In this document: one piece after another, positions 1-9,516 of the stretch | Layout of the letters: each line of letters begins with the position of its first letter | How positions within the stretch are numbered: the first letter of the stretch is position 1 | Origin: an uncultured Verrucomicrobia subdivision 3 bacterium | GTDB taxonomy: Bacteria > Verrucomicrobiota > Verrucomicrobiia > Limisphaerales > UBA11358 | Length of the DNA stretch: 64,000 nucleotides | Direction: 5' to 3' | Assembly (NCBI GenBank): GCA_903918885.1 | Contig: CAIXFY010000050.1 | Coordinates: 12,730-76,729, forward strand | Position numbers and translations under genes: made by a program | The notes under the pieces: generated by a model | Told to the model about the DNA's origin: nothing | What the model saw: the letters and a program-made list of their open reading frames with translations, nothing else | The model's database searches: none

Positions 1-1005
1 AAAGGCTTCGGTGTCCTTGCTCAGGCCATCTGGGGTGAAGATGTCGGCGACATCCATCGGCAGGTTGTGCGTGCCAAGTTTGGCCTTTGATCCGGCAAAA
101 TCATGGGCGGTCTGCAGGCCCTTGATGATTTCCGCATCCGAGAAAACCTTTTCGCCGCTGAATTTGACGGAACCAACTTTATACTGATGGCCTTCGGACA
201 AATAATATTTCACCAACAGTGTGTTGGTCGTGGGATGCTCCAGCTTTACGTCCTTGATTTCGAAATCAAGATAGCCGTGGTTGTGATAAAACTCATTGAG
301 CCGGTCGGCGTCGCCATCAAAATCATCCTGTTGAAAATATCCGCTGCCGGTCAGCCATGACCACATCCAGTGCCGCTTGGTCTTGAGTTCGCCGCGCAAC
401 TCTTTCTGCGAAAAAGCTTCCGCGCTGAAGAAGTTGATCTGGGTGATTTTTACCTTTGGGCTTTCCTGAACCTGATAGGTGACCGTGCCATGGCCGCTGA
501 TCTCGTCAATGTTGAGAACGTATTTTACCTTCGTGTCCGGGTAGCCGGATTTTTCATACAACTTTTTCATCTCCTGCACGTCCGTAAAAACTTTTTGCTC
601 ATCTAACGGGTCGCCCACCTTGATGGTGACTTTCTTCTTGAGCTTGGATTCTTTCAAGTTCTGGTTGCCCTCGATCTTGATGTCCGTGACGCGCGGACGA
701 ACCTGCACGATGTAAGCGATGATGACGCCGCCGTCGTCTGCCTGATCCACTGAGACGCGGATGTTGTAAAATTGTCCGGTCGCGTAAAGCGCATGCACAT
801 CATCTTGAGTGCTGCCGGGCAGATAACTGGTGCCCACCTTGAGCTTGATGTTGTCGCGAATCACCGCTTCGCTGACCGAGGCGGGGCCGATAAATTTGAT
901 GTCCACCCGGCTGACCTTGCTGCCGGCGGTCTGGCCCCACGCTGCCGTGGCGCAGCCGACCAACAGAAAAATAAAAACGCCCAGTGGTCGGAGAAAGGAT
1001 TTCAT
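1..1005 (-). CDS. bamA: Outer membrane protein assembly factor BamA (N-terminal part, runs off window start)
   Basis: Not in the ORF track. Read by hand from ATG at 1005: MKSFLRPLGVFIFLLVGCATAAWGQ signal peptide, then POTRA-like repeats (VDQDVHALYATGQFYNIRV, ITEGQKIKI); directly downstream of dnaB. Confidence 0.9.
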   Translation of the reverse strand, partial: MKSFLRPLGVFIFLLVGCATAAWGQTAGSKVSRVDIKFIGPASVSEAVIRDNIKLKVGTSYLPGSTQDDVHALYATGQFYNIRVSVDQADDGGVIIAYIVQVRPRVTDIKIEGNQNLKESKLKKKVTIKVGDPLDEQKVFTDVQEMKKLYEKSGYPDTKVKYVLNIDEISGHGTVTYQVQESPKVKITQINFFSAEAFSQKELRGELKTKRHWMWSWLTGSGYFQQDDFDGDADRLNEFYHNHGYLDFEIKDVKLEHPTTNTLLVKYYLSEGHQYKVGSVKFSGEKVFSDAEIIKGLQTAHDFAGSKAKLGTHNLPMDVADIFTPDGLSKDTEAF

Positions 1006-1009
1006 GAAG

Positions 1010-2500
1010 TTATTGGCCGCCCGGCACATCGTCGTCGCTGAATTTTGCTGCGCTTTCAAATCGTGTATATGGTTTTAAGAATGTCAAATGAACGTCACCC
1101 GTCGGACCGTTGCGCTGTTTGGCGATCACTAGACTGACCGGCAGACCGTCGGCTTCCACGGCCCCGGCCTCTTCGTCTTCGTTCGCCTCCGGCTTGTAAA
1201 GCAGACCGACCAGATCGGCGTCCTGTTCAATCGACCCGGACTCGCGCAGGTCGCTCATCCGCGGCTTCCGGTTCTTATCTTTCTCAATCTCGCGGTTCAA
1301 CTGCGCCAAGACAATGACTGGCACTTTCAGCTCTTTCGCCAACGCCTTGATGCCGCTGGAAATGTCAGCGATTTCCTGCTGCCGGTTTTCTTGCGAACGT
1401 CGCGCAGTAGAGTTCAGAAGCTGCAAATAGTCAATGACAAACAGCTTGATTCCATGCTGCTGCGCCATGCGCCGCGCCCGGGCGCGCAACTGCAAAATGC
1501 TCAAGCCCGCCGTGTCATCAATGAATAATTTTGACGCGCTCAATCGCCCCGCCGCGTTCGTCAGCTTCGGGAAATCCGACTCGCTCATAAACCCCTCGCG
1601 GATGCTCCGCAGGTTCACGCGCGCCAGCGAACACATCATGCGCAGCACCAGGCTGCCAGCGCTCATTTCCAGCGAGAACACGCCCACCGGCAGTTTCATC
1701 TCCAGCGCCACGTGCTCCGCGATGTTCATTGCCAAAGAAGTTTTTCCCATCGAGGGGCGCGCCGCGATGACGATCATTTCCCCGCCGTGCAACCCGTCCG
1801 TCATTTTGTCCAGATCCGCGAAGCCCGTCGCCAACCCGCCGAGTTGGCCGTTGCGGCCAAAATAATTTTCAATCGTCGCAATCGCATCGTGCACCAGCGC
1901 GTTCACCGGTGTCATGTTGCCCTGCGCGCGGGATTCGTTGACGCGCAGAACTTCCTTTTCCACCTCGTCGAGCAGTTCTTCCACGTTGCCTTCGTAATCG
2001 TAAACCTTCCCCACCACGCCGCTGCAAGTCGTGATGAGTTTCCGCAAAAGATATTTCTCGCGGACGATGTCGAGGTAGTAGCTCAGGTTCGCCGCGCTGG
2101 GCACGGCATCCTGCAACTGGCTCAGATACGCAATGCCGCCAACCTGATCGAGCAACTGCCGGTCCTTCAAATTTTGTTGCACCGTAATCAAGTCCACCGG
2201 CATCCGCTTGTTGAACATGTCTGCCAGCGTCTCGTAAATCGTCTGATGCCGCAGATCGTAAAACGCCATCTTGCCGTCGTCCTTGAGTTTCTCGATGCAC
2301 TCGCCGATGCACTGGTTCGGCTCCAACAAAGTGCAACCGAGCACGCCCATTTCGGCTTCGTTCGAATGCGGCGGCAACCGGTCTAGTGTGGGCATGGCGG
2401 AAGACGAACGCCGGTCGCCTTTTTGGCGACGGCTTTTCTTAAAATCAGCGCCCGCGTCGGCGGAACCGCCGGACAACGGGTCGGAAACAGAATCAATCAT
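1010..2500 (-). CDS. dnaB: Replicative DNA helicase
   Basis: PPHSNEAE N-domain, Walker A ARPSMGKT, IDYLQL, SDLRESGSIEQDAD, KQRNGPTG; no intein. Confidence 0.98.
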   Translation of the reverse strand: MIDSVSDPLSGGSADAGADFKKSRRQKGDRRSSSAMPTLDRLPPHSNEAEMGVLGCTLLEPNQCIGECIEKLKDDGKMAFYDLRHQTIYETLADMFNKRMPVDLITVQQNLKDRQLLDQVGGIAYLSQLQDAVPSAANLSYYLDIVREKYLLRKLITTCSGVVGKVYDYEGNVEELLDEVEKEVLRVNESRAQGNMTPVNALVHDAIATIENYFGRNGQLGGLATGFADLDKMTDGLHGGEMIVIAARPSMGKTSLAMNIAEHVALEMKLPVGVFSLEMSAGSLVLRMMCSLARVNLRSIREGFMSESDFPKLTNAAGRLSASKLFIDDTAGLSILQLRARARRMAQQHGIKLFVIDYLQLLNSTARRSQENRQQEIADISSGIKALAKELKVPVIVLAQLNREIEKDKNRKPRMSDLRESGSIEQDADLVGLLYKPEANEDEEAGAVEADGLPVSLVIAKQRNGPTGDVHLTFLKPYTRFESAAKFSDDDVPGGQ

Positions 2501-2659
2501 GGGGATAGAATCGCCGCTGTTAAATCGGCGGCAAGCGAAACTTGTTTTTGTTGTTCACAAATTTATTCGCCGTCGCCTTGCAAAAAGTCATAATGGGATG
2601 TGTCAATGATGCCAGCTTCCTTATAAAAATTGCAGGCACGCCTTTAAGTCGGATTTGAA

Positions 2660-4063
2660 ATGAAAATTCTAAAACTTTTCTTGCTCTGGACTTTGTTGGT
2701 CTTGCCCGTGCTAGTATCGGCACAAAACAATGTTCGCGTCTGGCCCATGCCGGCGGGCGAACCGGTCTCTCGCGATTTCAAGGTTGAGGTGGACGGCCAG
2801 CCGGTTTTTGTTTGCGTTACCCGCGTGGCTCCGGCCGACGAAAAGCGTCGATGGAGGGCGATGGACGATCACGCACATCCGTCTGCCTACTCTGATCTGG
2901 CTGCTTTCGCCAGCTTTGACCTGCGGGGGACTGTGAAGATGGTTCGTGTCACTTATCGTGACTTCGTAAGGCAGGTCAAAGTTCTGCCAACAGCTTATGG
3001 CATAATCCCGCACATAAAAGGCCGTGATGTCACTTTTCCGCTCGACCATCCGGCGACCCTCACCATTGAAATTAACGGCGACACCACCGCGTCGCTTCAT
3101 CTTTTCGCCAATCCGTGCGAGACCAATGTTCCTGATGTGAACAACACCAACACAATTTATTTCGGTCCGGGCATTTACGACGTGACCAATACCATCAGGA
3201 TTGGCTCTGGTCAGACGCTTTATCTGGCCGGCGGCGCGGTGCTGCGCGCGGTCGGCAGTAATGGGCCGGTTGTGGAGTTGAATGGCAATCATATCGCGCT
3301 ATGCGGTCGCGGCATCATCGATGGCAGCCAATGTCCCTGGCGCACTCGCAATCTTTTGTATATTCATGCCGATGATGTTGCCGTCGAAGGCGTGATTTTA
3401 CGTGATTCCAGCAAATGGAACGTGCCTATTCGCCGCAGTCACGGAGTGACGCTTACCAACGTGAAAGTATTCGGTTGTCGCGCCAATTCCGACGGCTTCG
3501 ATATTTGCAACAGCACCGACGTGACGGTGGACGGCTGTTTTCTGCGCACGCTTGATGATTTGATTGTCGTCAAAACCGACAAGGGGCAGGGGCAGGTGAA
3601 TCATGTCGTGGTGCAAAACTGTGTGCTCTGGAACCAGGTGGCTCACGCGTTGTCCGTCGGCGCCGAATTGCGCGAGAACGTGAATGATGTGCTGTTCACA
3701 AACTGCGACGTCATCCACGACACTGGCCGGGAATGGACGCTCCGGATTTTCCATTGCGATTCGGCCACCGTCAGTAACGTGCGGTTTGAAAATATTCGCG
3801 TGGAGGAGTCGCCCCGTTTAATTTCCCTTTGGATCAATAAAGCAATTTGGTCGCGCGATTTGGAGCGCGGCCACATTCAGGACGTCACCTTCCGTAACAT
3901 TCAGGCGACAACCGTCCGCTCCGGTGTTGAACTGAAAGGCTTCGACTTCACGCATGACATTGTCGGCGTGACTTTTGACCATGTTGTCATTAATGGCCAG
4001 CCTCTAACGCTAGACGAACTTACGACCAACAATTTCGTGCGGCAGGTTACGGTGAAACCCTGA
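2660..4063 (+). CDS. Secreted pectin-lyase-fold glycoside hydrolase (GH28-like beta-helix)
   Basis: Signal peptide, YFGPGIY, GRGIIDG, NSDGFD and TLDDLIVVK motifs, beta-helix repeats. Confidence 0.75.
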   Translation: MKILKLFLLWTLLVLPVLVSAQNNVRVWPMPAGEPVSRDFKVEVDGQPVFVCVTRVAPADEKRRWRAMDDHAHPSAYSDLAAFASFDLRGTVKMVRVTYRDFVRQVKVLPTAYGIIPHIKGRDVTFPLDHPATLTIEINGDTTASLHLFANPCETNVPDVNNTNTIYFGPGIYDVTNTIRIGSGQTLYLAGGAVLRAVGSNGPVVELNGNHIALCGRGIIDGSQCPWRTRNLLYIHADDVAVEGVILRDSSKWNVPIRRSHGVTLTNVKVFGCRANSDGFDICNSTDVTVDGCFLRTLDDLIVVKTDKGQGQVNHVVVQNCVLWNQVAHALSVGAELRENVNDVLFTNCDVIHDTGREWTLRIFHCDSATVSNVRFENIRVEESPRLISLWINKAIWSRDLERGHIQDVTFRNIQATTVRSGVELKGFDFTHDIVGVTFDHVVINGQPLTLDELTTNNFVRQVTVKP

Positions 4064-4168
4064 GATTGTTTTTGCGGAAACATTTGGTGTCTGGAAAATG
4101 TTTCACTCTGCGGCTAACAAATTTGACTCCCCAACTTTCAGGGCTAAACTCACGGAGCATTTTTGAAC

Positions 4169-5428
4169 ATGAATCATAAACCCTCCATGCTCGTGGTTTT
4201 TCTCACGGTCTTCATTGACCTCATCGGCTTCGGCATCGTCGTGCCGCTCGTGCCGATGTATAGCCGGCATTACGGCGCCAGCGGCTGGGTCATTGGCGGC
4301 ATCATCGCGTCGTTCTCGGCGATGCAATTCATCTTCTCGCCCATCTGGGGTAAACTTTCCGACCGCCACGGTCGTCGCCCGATTCTACTCATCAGCACCG
4401 CCGGCGCGGCGCTTTCGTATGTGCTCTTTGCCATCGCGTCCGGCTTTGCCGACCACACCGTCGCGTTGTGGGCGTTGCTCGCGTCACGTGTGTTTGCGGG
4501 TGCGTGCGGCGGCAACATCACCGTGGCGCAAGCGTATGTCGCGGACATTTCCAAGCCGGAGGAACGCTCCAAAAAAATGGGACTCATCGGCATGGCGTTT
4601 GGTTTGGGATTTATTTTCGGCCCGGCCATCAGCGGCGTGATGCTGAAATTTTTTGGCCCGACCGCCCCCGGCTGGGCGGCGGCGAGTTTGTGCGCTTTTA
4701 ACTTTGTTCTCGCCTATTTCATCCTTGCCGAAAGTCTGAAGCCCGATTCCATCCAGTCCGCCAAGCGTCCGCGTTTTACGCAGTGGGGACACACGCTGGC
4801 GCAGCCGAAAATCGGTCTGCTTATTTTAATTTTCTTCCTCGCCACCTTCGCCTTCAGTTGTTTTGAAAGCACCTTGCCGCTGCTCGTCAGCGACAATTTT
4901 AATCTCGGCCTCTCCAAATCCGAGGCCGCGCCCGCGACCACCGTGGTTTCGCTTTTTGTTTTTTGCGGATTGATGGCCGCGCTCGTGCAAGGCGGTGCGA
5001 TCGGCAAATTGGTGAAAATGTTTGGTGAACCAAAATTGATTTGTGCCAGCCTCGTGATGACCGGCGTGAGCCTCGTGCTGCTGCCACTCATCCACGGCGA
5101 AGGCGCGTTGAAATGGTTGTCCGTTCTGAAGTTGGCGGACATCCAGTGGCTGAAGATGCTGGGGGCGCTGGTGCTGTTGTCCATCGGCTCCAGCCTGTCG
5201 CGTGCGCCGGTGTTCGGGATGCTTTCAAATCTTACGCCCGCCAATGAGCAGGGCGCGACCATTGGCGTGGCGCAAAGCGCGGGCAGCCTCGCGCGCATCG
5301 TTGGCCCGATTTTTGCCGCGACACTTTACGGACTCAACGATTCCACCCGCGCACTGCCATATCTATTTTGCGGCGGCATTTCCATCATCGCCGGCCTGCT
5401 GGCGGTGCAGCAGTTGACCAAAAAATAA
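4169..5428 (+). CDS. MFS transporter, TetA/DHA1-like
   Basis: FIDLIGFGIVVP, motif A GKLSDRHGRRP, GLGFIFGP; about 12 hydrophobic segments; TTGACT-N17-TAAACT promoter-like sequence upstream. Confidence 0.9.
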   Translation: MNHKPSMLVVFLTVFIDLIGFGIVVPLVPMYSRHYGASGWVIGGIIASFSAMQFIFSPIWGKLSDRHGRRPILLISTAGAALSYVLFAIASGFADHTVALWALLASRVFAGACGGNITVAQAYVADISKPEERSKKMGLIGMAFGLGFIFGPAISGVMLKFFGPTAPGWAAASLCAFNFVLAYFILAESLKPDSIQSAKRPRFTQWGHTLAQPKIGLLILIFFLATFAFSCFESTLPLLVSDNFNLGLSKSEAAPATTVVSLFVFCGLMAALVQGGAIGKLVKMFGEPKLICASLVMTGVSLVLLPLIHGEGALKWLSVLKLADIQWLKMLGALVLLSIGSSLSRAPVFGMLSNLTPANEQGATIGVAQSAGSLARIVGPIFAATLYGLNDSTRALPYLFCGGISIIAGLLAVQQLTKK

Positions 5429-5500
5429 AAGAGCGACGGACTGACGTTCACACCCGGAGTTTTCGCCAGCCCGCCGCCTGCCGTTCACAAGAACGGAAGT

Positions 5501-5896
5501 TTATTGATCGCCGGACGGCGGTCCGGGCGGACGGGAATTATCGCCGCCTTCGGAGCTGTTGCCGCCGTGCTGCTGGCCGCCCATTCCTCCGCGCATCGGC
5601 GGACGGAAGTTTTTCAACTGCGTTAGTTGGTCGGCCGTCAGAATTTTTTCCAACTTGGCTTTGGTTTCCGCTTCGAGGGCGGCGATCTGCGTCTTCTGGT
5701 CGTCCGTCAACTTGAGCTGTTGCATCAGCGGCGGCGGCAGGACATGGAATCCGCCGCGCGGTTGGCCGCCTTGATGTTGGCCGGGCGATTGTGCGTCCGG
5801 CGGCCCACCGGCGGGCGGCGTGTTGTCTTGGGCGCTGGCCGTGAGCGCGATGGCTCCGATGGCGGCCAGCAATGCGATGGTCGTTCTAGTTTTCAT
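5501..5896 (-). CDS. Small exported Spy/CpxP-like (LTxxQ) protein with Gly/Pro/Gln-rich tails
   Basis: Signal peptide ending ASA-Q; two LTxxQ motifs (LTDDQ, LTADQ). Confidence 0.65.
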   Translation of the reverse strand: MKTRTTIALLAAIGAIALTASAQDNTPPAGGPPDAQSPGQHQGGQPRGGFHVLPPPLMQQLKLTDDQKTQIAALEAETKAKLEKILTADQLTQLKNFRPPMRGGMGGQQHGGNSSEGGDNSRPPGPPSGDQ

Positions 5897-5941
5897 AGTT
5901 TTGATGTGTGTTGTTTTGTTGTTGGTTTCAGGTGCAAATTT

Positions 5942-6355
5942 TCAGGCGTGCGCCAGCAGTGCATTTTCCAATCCCGCTTCCGCCAGCGTCGCGCGCAAGG
6001 CATCCATTGGAAACGGCTTGTTCAGCAGCCCGCAAAATCCCGCGTGCCGCGCCGCCGCTTCTGTGAAAAATCCGCTGCCCGTCGCCAAAATAATTTTCTG
6101 TGCCGGTGTAATCGCGCGCAACCGGCGGCACAGCTCCACGCCGTCCATGCCCGGCATCTCGAAGTCTGTGATGACCAGCGCGTATTTTTCCGGCGCGTCC
6201 GCGAACGCCGCCAGCGCGGCCTGCGGCGAGTGGAAGCATTCCAGATGCGCGTCCGTCAAACATCCCGCCAACTCGGCGGTCAGCGACAACACATCCGCAT
6301 TGTCATCCACCAGCATCCAGTGCTTGGTCTCGGTTGAATCAAAGAAGTGGTTCAT
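5942..6355 (-). CDS. Single-domain response regulator (receiver)
   Basis: LVDD, ITDFEMPGMDG, ATG, KPF; GGAGG RBS before ATG at 6355. Confidence 0.85.
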   Translation of the reverse strand: MNHFFDSTETKHWMLVDDNADVLSLTAELAGCLTDAHLECFHSPQAALAAFADAPEKYALVITDFEMPGMDGVELCRRLRAITPAQKIILATGSGFFTEAAARHAGFCGLLNKPFPMDALRATLAEAGLENALLAHA

Positions 6356-6365
6356 AGCGCCTCCG

Positions 6366-6458
6366 TTAATTTTTGAAAACCACGCGCACCGCAAACGCCA
6401 CCAGTTCCCCGCTGGTGATGATGATTCGTTGCGCCTTGCGTGTGGTTTTACTTTTCAT
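6366..6458 (-). CDS. Putative 30-aa leaderless small protein MKSKTTRKAQRIIITSGELVAFAVRVVFKN
   Basis: ATG 6 nt after a TAGATT -10-like hexamer; TAA abuts the GGAGG RBS of the receiver gene. Confidence 0.45.
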   Translation of the reverse strand: MKSKTTRKAQRIIITSGELVAFAVRVVFKN

Positions 6459-6464
6459 GAGGCC

Positions 6465-6500
6465 AATCTACCTGAACTAACCTTAAGGAATCGTGAAGCC
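6465..6500 (-). promoter_or_regulatory. Direct-repeat box GGCTTCA-N6-CTTAAGG plus -10 (TAGATT)
   Basis: Same box and 10-nt spacing to TAGAnT at 23830-23865; third copy at 23900-23917. Confidence 0.7.
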
Positions 6501-6553
6501 CGAAAATCTTTTGAAATTATTTTTGCGCGGCAAGCTGCGCATCCATCAAAGAT

Positions 6554-7966
6554 TCATCTGCGCGGCAGCGAACAACTATCGGCCACGGTTCTGTCCGGAG
6601 CGGCTTTGACGTATTCCACCTTGACGATTTCCGGCGACACCGTGACGCGCACGTGGCCGGAGTTGCCGAGGAAAATCCCCTGCTTATAGCCGTAAGTTTG
6701 CAAATCGCGGATACGATCATTGCCCGCAAAGCTCGGCTGCGGAATCATGACGTAGGGCAGACCGTCGAGTTCCTGCCGCGCGTAAAAATTGTCATGCGCG
6801 CGGAAGACGGCGGTAACGCGGTTTTGCAAAAGCATTTTGTGAACCGGCATTGGCCAGCCGGGACGATACGACGCAAAGCCTTCCGTGCCATCCAAATTTT
6901 TTCCACCCCATTCGTTGAACCCGGCGATCTCCACGCCGCCACGCGAGGCTTGATCACCAGCCAGCAGGTTATGGAGAAACACAAATTTATATTTCGCCGA
7001 GCTGCCCGCCAGCGTTTTGGCGAGCCAGTCGTATTGCTCGCGACCGAGTGACCATGACCAGCCGTCGTTGTTGCGTCCGCCGGAACGAAGCGAATAACGA
7101 TACGGATCCAGCACGACAAACAACGCATCGCCCCAAGTCCACGCGTAATAATTTTCCAGCAGACCGGAAACCGCAAGCCGCGTGGCGTCGCCGGAATAAA
7201 ATTCATCCGGTTCGGGATTGGGAAAATATTTTTTGCGCGCGGCATTGGACTGGACGGCGAGGCTGTTCGGCGAGCCGTCGTCGTAACGGCTGGCTTCGCC
7301 GTCGTGAACGCCGAGCGCGAGGAACAACGGACATCCGAGTTGGTTAAGATAATAACGCTGCGCGCGATATTGCTGCCAAGCCTCGTCGCGCGTGGCGTGC
7401 TTGTCGGTCATGAACAGATTGCCGAGATCAATGTGGAAATCCGGCGCATCGGCGCGGATGTTGGCAAGCGACTGTTCATACACCGGCGCGCTGGTGTGTT
7501 CGTCCAGATGCACGTCCGCCGTCATCGTGAAAGTGAAACTGCTGCCCGACGAACGCGCGGTGTGGAAAGAAAATTCCGGGCTGTTCGTAAACGTCTGCGC
7601 GCCGGAAGTTCGGAAACGAAGCTGGTAATAATATTTGGTATCCGCTTTCAGTGGGGAGATTTTAAATTCCGTCGGCGTGCCATTTTTTAACTGTTTCAAC
7701 GGCGTTTGCTCAACGCATTTGCCGGATTGATTGCCATAAACCACGCATGCTTCCATGTCGCGATAAGCCAATACGCTGATGGTGACGGAATGGTTTTCCG
7801 GTCGCGCGAGAATTAAATCGTAATCGCGCTTCGGCACGGTGACATGAAAAACATTTGTGCCCGAAGGCGCGCGATGGCCGTGGTCGCCATCCGGCTTCGA
7901 GCTTTCGGCAAAAACAGAAACGCAGCCAGCAATCACCAAAAAAACAGCCGTCAAAGTTTTACGCAT
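6554..7966 (-). CDS. Exported purple-acid-phosphatase-like metallophosphoesterase with degenerate metal-ligand motifs
   Basis: Signal peptide, FN3-like domain, ADVH / LGNL / GVHD / AHDN, YYAWTWGDALFVVLD shared with paralogues. Confidence 0.75.
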   Translation of the reverse strand: MRKTLTAVFLVIAGCVSVFAESSKPDGDHGHRAPSGTNVFHVTVPKRDYDLILARPENHSVTISVLAYRDMEACVVYGNQSGKCVEQTPLKQLKNGTPTEFKISPLKADTKYYYQLRFRTSGAQTFTNSPEFSFHTARSSGSSFTFTMTADVHLDEHTSAPVYEQSLANIRADAPDFHIDLGNLFMTDKHATRDEAWQQYRAQRYYLNQLGCPLFLALGVHDGEASRYDDGSPNSLAVQSNAARKKYFPNPEPDEFYSGDATRLAVSGLLENYYAWTWGDALFVVLDPYRYSLRSGGRNNDGWSWSLGREQYDWLAKTLAGSSAKYKFVFLHNLLAGDQASRGGVEIAGFNEWGGKNLDGTEGFASYRPGWPMPVHKMLLQNRVTAVFRAHDNFYARQELDGLPYVMIPQPSFAGNDRIRDLQTYGYKQGIFLGNSGHVRVTVSPEIVKVEYVKAAPDRTVADSCSLPRR

Positions 7967-9503
7967 GGTGCTCCTTCGCCTTCACCGTGTAGCTGTGCGC
8001 GATGTCGCCGGTTTTGTTTTGCGCGGTTTCATCCTTCGGCAAAAAGCTGCGGACATATTCCACTTTCACATTTTTCGGCGAAACCGTGACGCGCAAGTGG
8101 CCGGAGTTCGGCAGCTTCACGCCCGATTGATAGCGGTCGGCGTTGTAGGTCTGGTAGCCGTGATCGGCAGGCATCGGCACTTCCTGATAAATAATTCCGT
8201 CGCGCTGTTGTTGGCAATAAAGATGGTCGTGGCCCTGAAAGAAAATCGTCACGCCGTGTTTGGCCATGAGCTGATGCACCGGCAATTCCCAGCCCAGCCG
8301 CCGTTGCGTGAATTCCCAGTCGCCGCGCTTGTTCTTGCCGCCCCATTCATACAAATCACATTCGTCCACGCCGCCGCGACCCGAACCCATGACGTGATGC
8401 GCGAAAACAAATTTATATTTCGCCTTGCTGGCTTCGAGCGTGCGCTTGAACCACTGATACTGCGCGTCGCCGAGCGTGAGCGTCCACCAATCGCGATCAT
8501 GACCCTTGCCGCCCTTGCCGCCGCCCGCGTCTTGCTCGCGAAAACCGCTGTCCACCTGTGCGGACGAATGCCAGTAATTGTCGAGGATTACGAACAGCGC
8601 GTCACCCCAAGTCCATGCACAATAATCTTTCCGCAGGCCGATGGCGGGTAACGGCTCGGCGTCGCCGGAATAAAATTTGTCCGGCGACGGCGTGGGATAA
8701 AATTGATTGCGCGCGTTCTGTGCGTAGACGGCGACCGCGTGGCGCTCGTCGGTCTGGTTAAAATTGAAGAGCGACGCCTGCTCGTGATTTCCATTCACCA
8801 AAAAAACCGGCGCGTTTTGTCCAACGAGACCGAGGAACGGACGTTGCAGCGTGTAGCGCGCGGCGACGGCATCGAAATTCACCTCGCGCACCGGCGCGAC
8901 GCTGAAATCGTCGCCCATGCAGATGTAAAAATCTGGCTGGTCGGCGGCGGCGTTAAGCAGCGTGCGCGCGTAAAGATTCGGCTCGCTCATCTGCGGTCGT
9001 TCCGGGTGAGAATCACCTTGAATCGCAAAAGTGAACGAATTTCCGGCGGCGCGCTGCGTGTGGAATCGGCACTCGGGTCGCGCGGTGAAATTTGTTTCAC
9101 CCGGTTTGCGAAATTGCAGCCGGTAAAAATATTGCATGTCCGATTGCAGCTTGTCGAAAACCATCTCGATGGGTTTATTCGCCGCAAAAGTGAGCAGTCC
9201 GGTTTTGTTGGTGTAATTGCCCGTTGAAGTTCCGTATTCAAAAAAGCCCTCGATGTTTTCCCTGGTCACCGCGCTCACGGTCACGGATTGGTCGGTGACG
9301 CGACCCAGCACGAGCGTCAGCCAGTTGAACGCCGCGAGTTCCGGTGGCAAAACATAATCCGGCGCGTCGCGCCCTCGTCCGCCGCCGCCTTTCTTGCGCT
9401 GGATGTTTCGGGTGTTCGTCTGCCCCAAACCAGAAAGTGAAATCCAGGTGAGCGACCAAGCGAGCAGGCCAAGAAAGTTCCGCCGATGGGTTTTGAAGCT
9501 CAT
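7959..9503 (-). CDS. Exported metallophosphoesterase (calcineurin-like), probable Tat substrate
   Basis: Start re-assigned to MSFKTHRRNFLG; GDSH, MGDD, GNHE, GHDH motifs. Confidence 0.85.
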   Translation of the reverse strand: MSFKTHRRNFLGLLAWSLTWISLSGLGQTNTRNIQRKKGGGGRGRDAPDYVLPPELAAFNWLTLVLGRVTDQSVTVSAVTRENIEGFFEYGTSTGNYTNKTGLLTFAANKPIEMVFDKLQSDMQYFYRLQFRKPGETNFTARPECRFHTQRAAGNSFTFAIQGDSHPERPQMSEPNLYARTLLNAAADQPDFYICMGDDFSVAPVREVNFDAVAARYTLQRPFLGLVGQNAPVFLVNGNHEQASLFNFNQTDERHAVAVYAQNARNQFYPTPSPDKFYSGDAEPLPAIGLRKDYCAWTWGDALFVILDNYWHSSAQVDSGFREQDAGGGKGGKGHDRDWWTLTLGDAQYQWFKRTLEASKAKYKFVFAHHVMGSGRGGVDECDLYEWGGKNKRGDWEFTQRRLGWELPVHQLMAKHGVTIFFQGHDHLYCQQQRDGIIYQEVPMPADHGYQTYNADRYQSGVKLPNSGHLRVTVSPKNVKVEYVRSFLPKDETAQNKTGDIAHSYTVKAKEHHA

Positions 9504-9516
9504 GGGCAAAAGCAAG

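Noticed and set aside
2551-2559. DnaA-box-like TTGTTCACA upstream of dnaB
   Set aside because: Single mismatched 9-mer; insufficient for an origin or regulatory call
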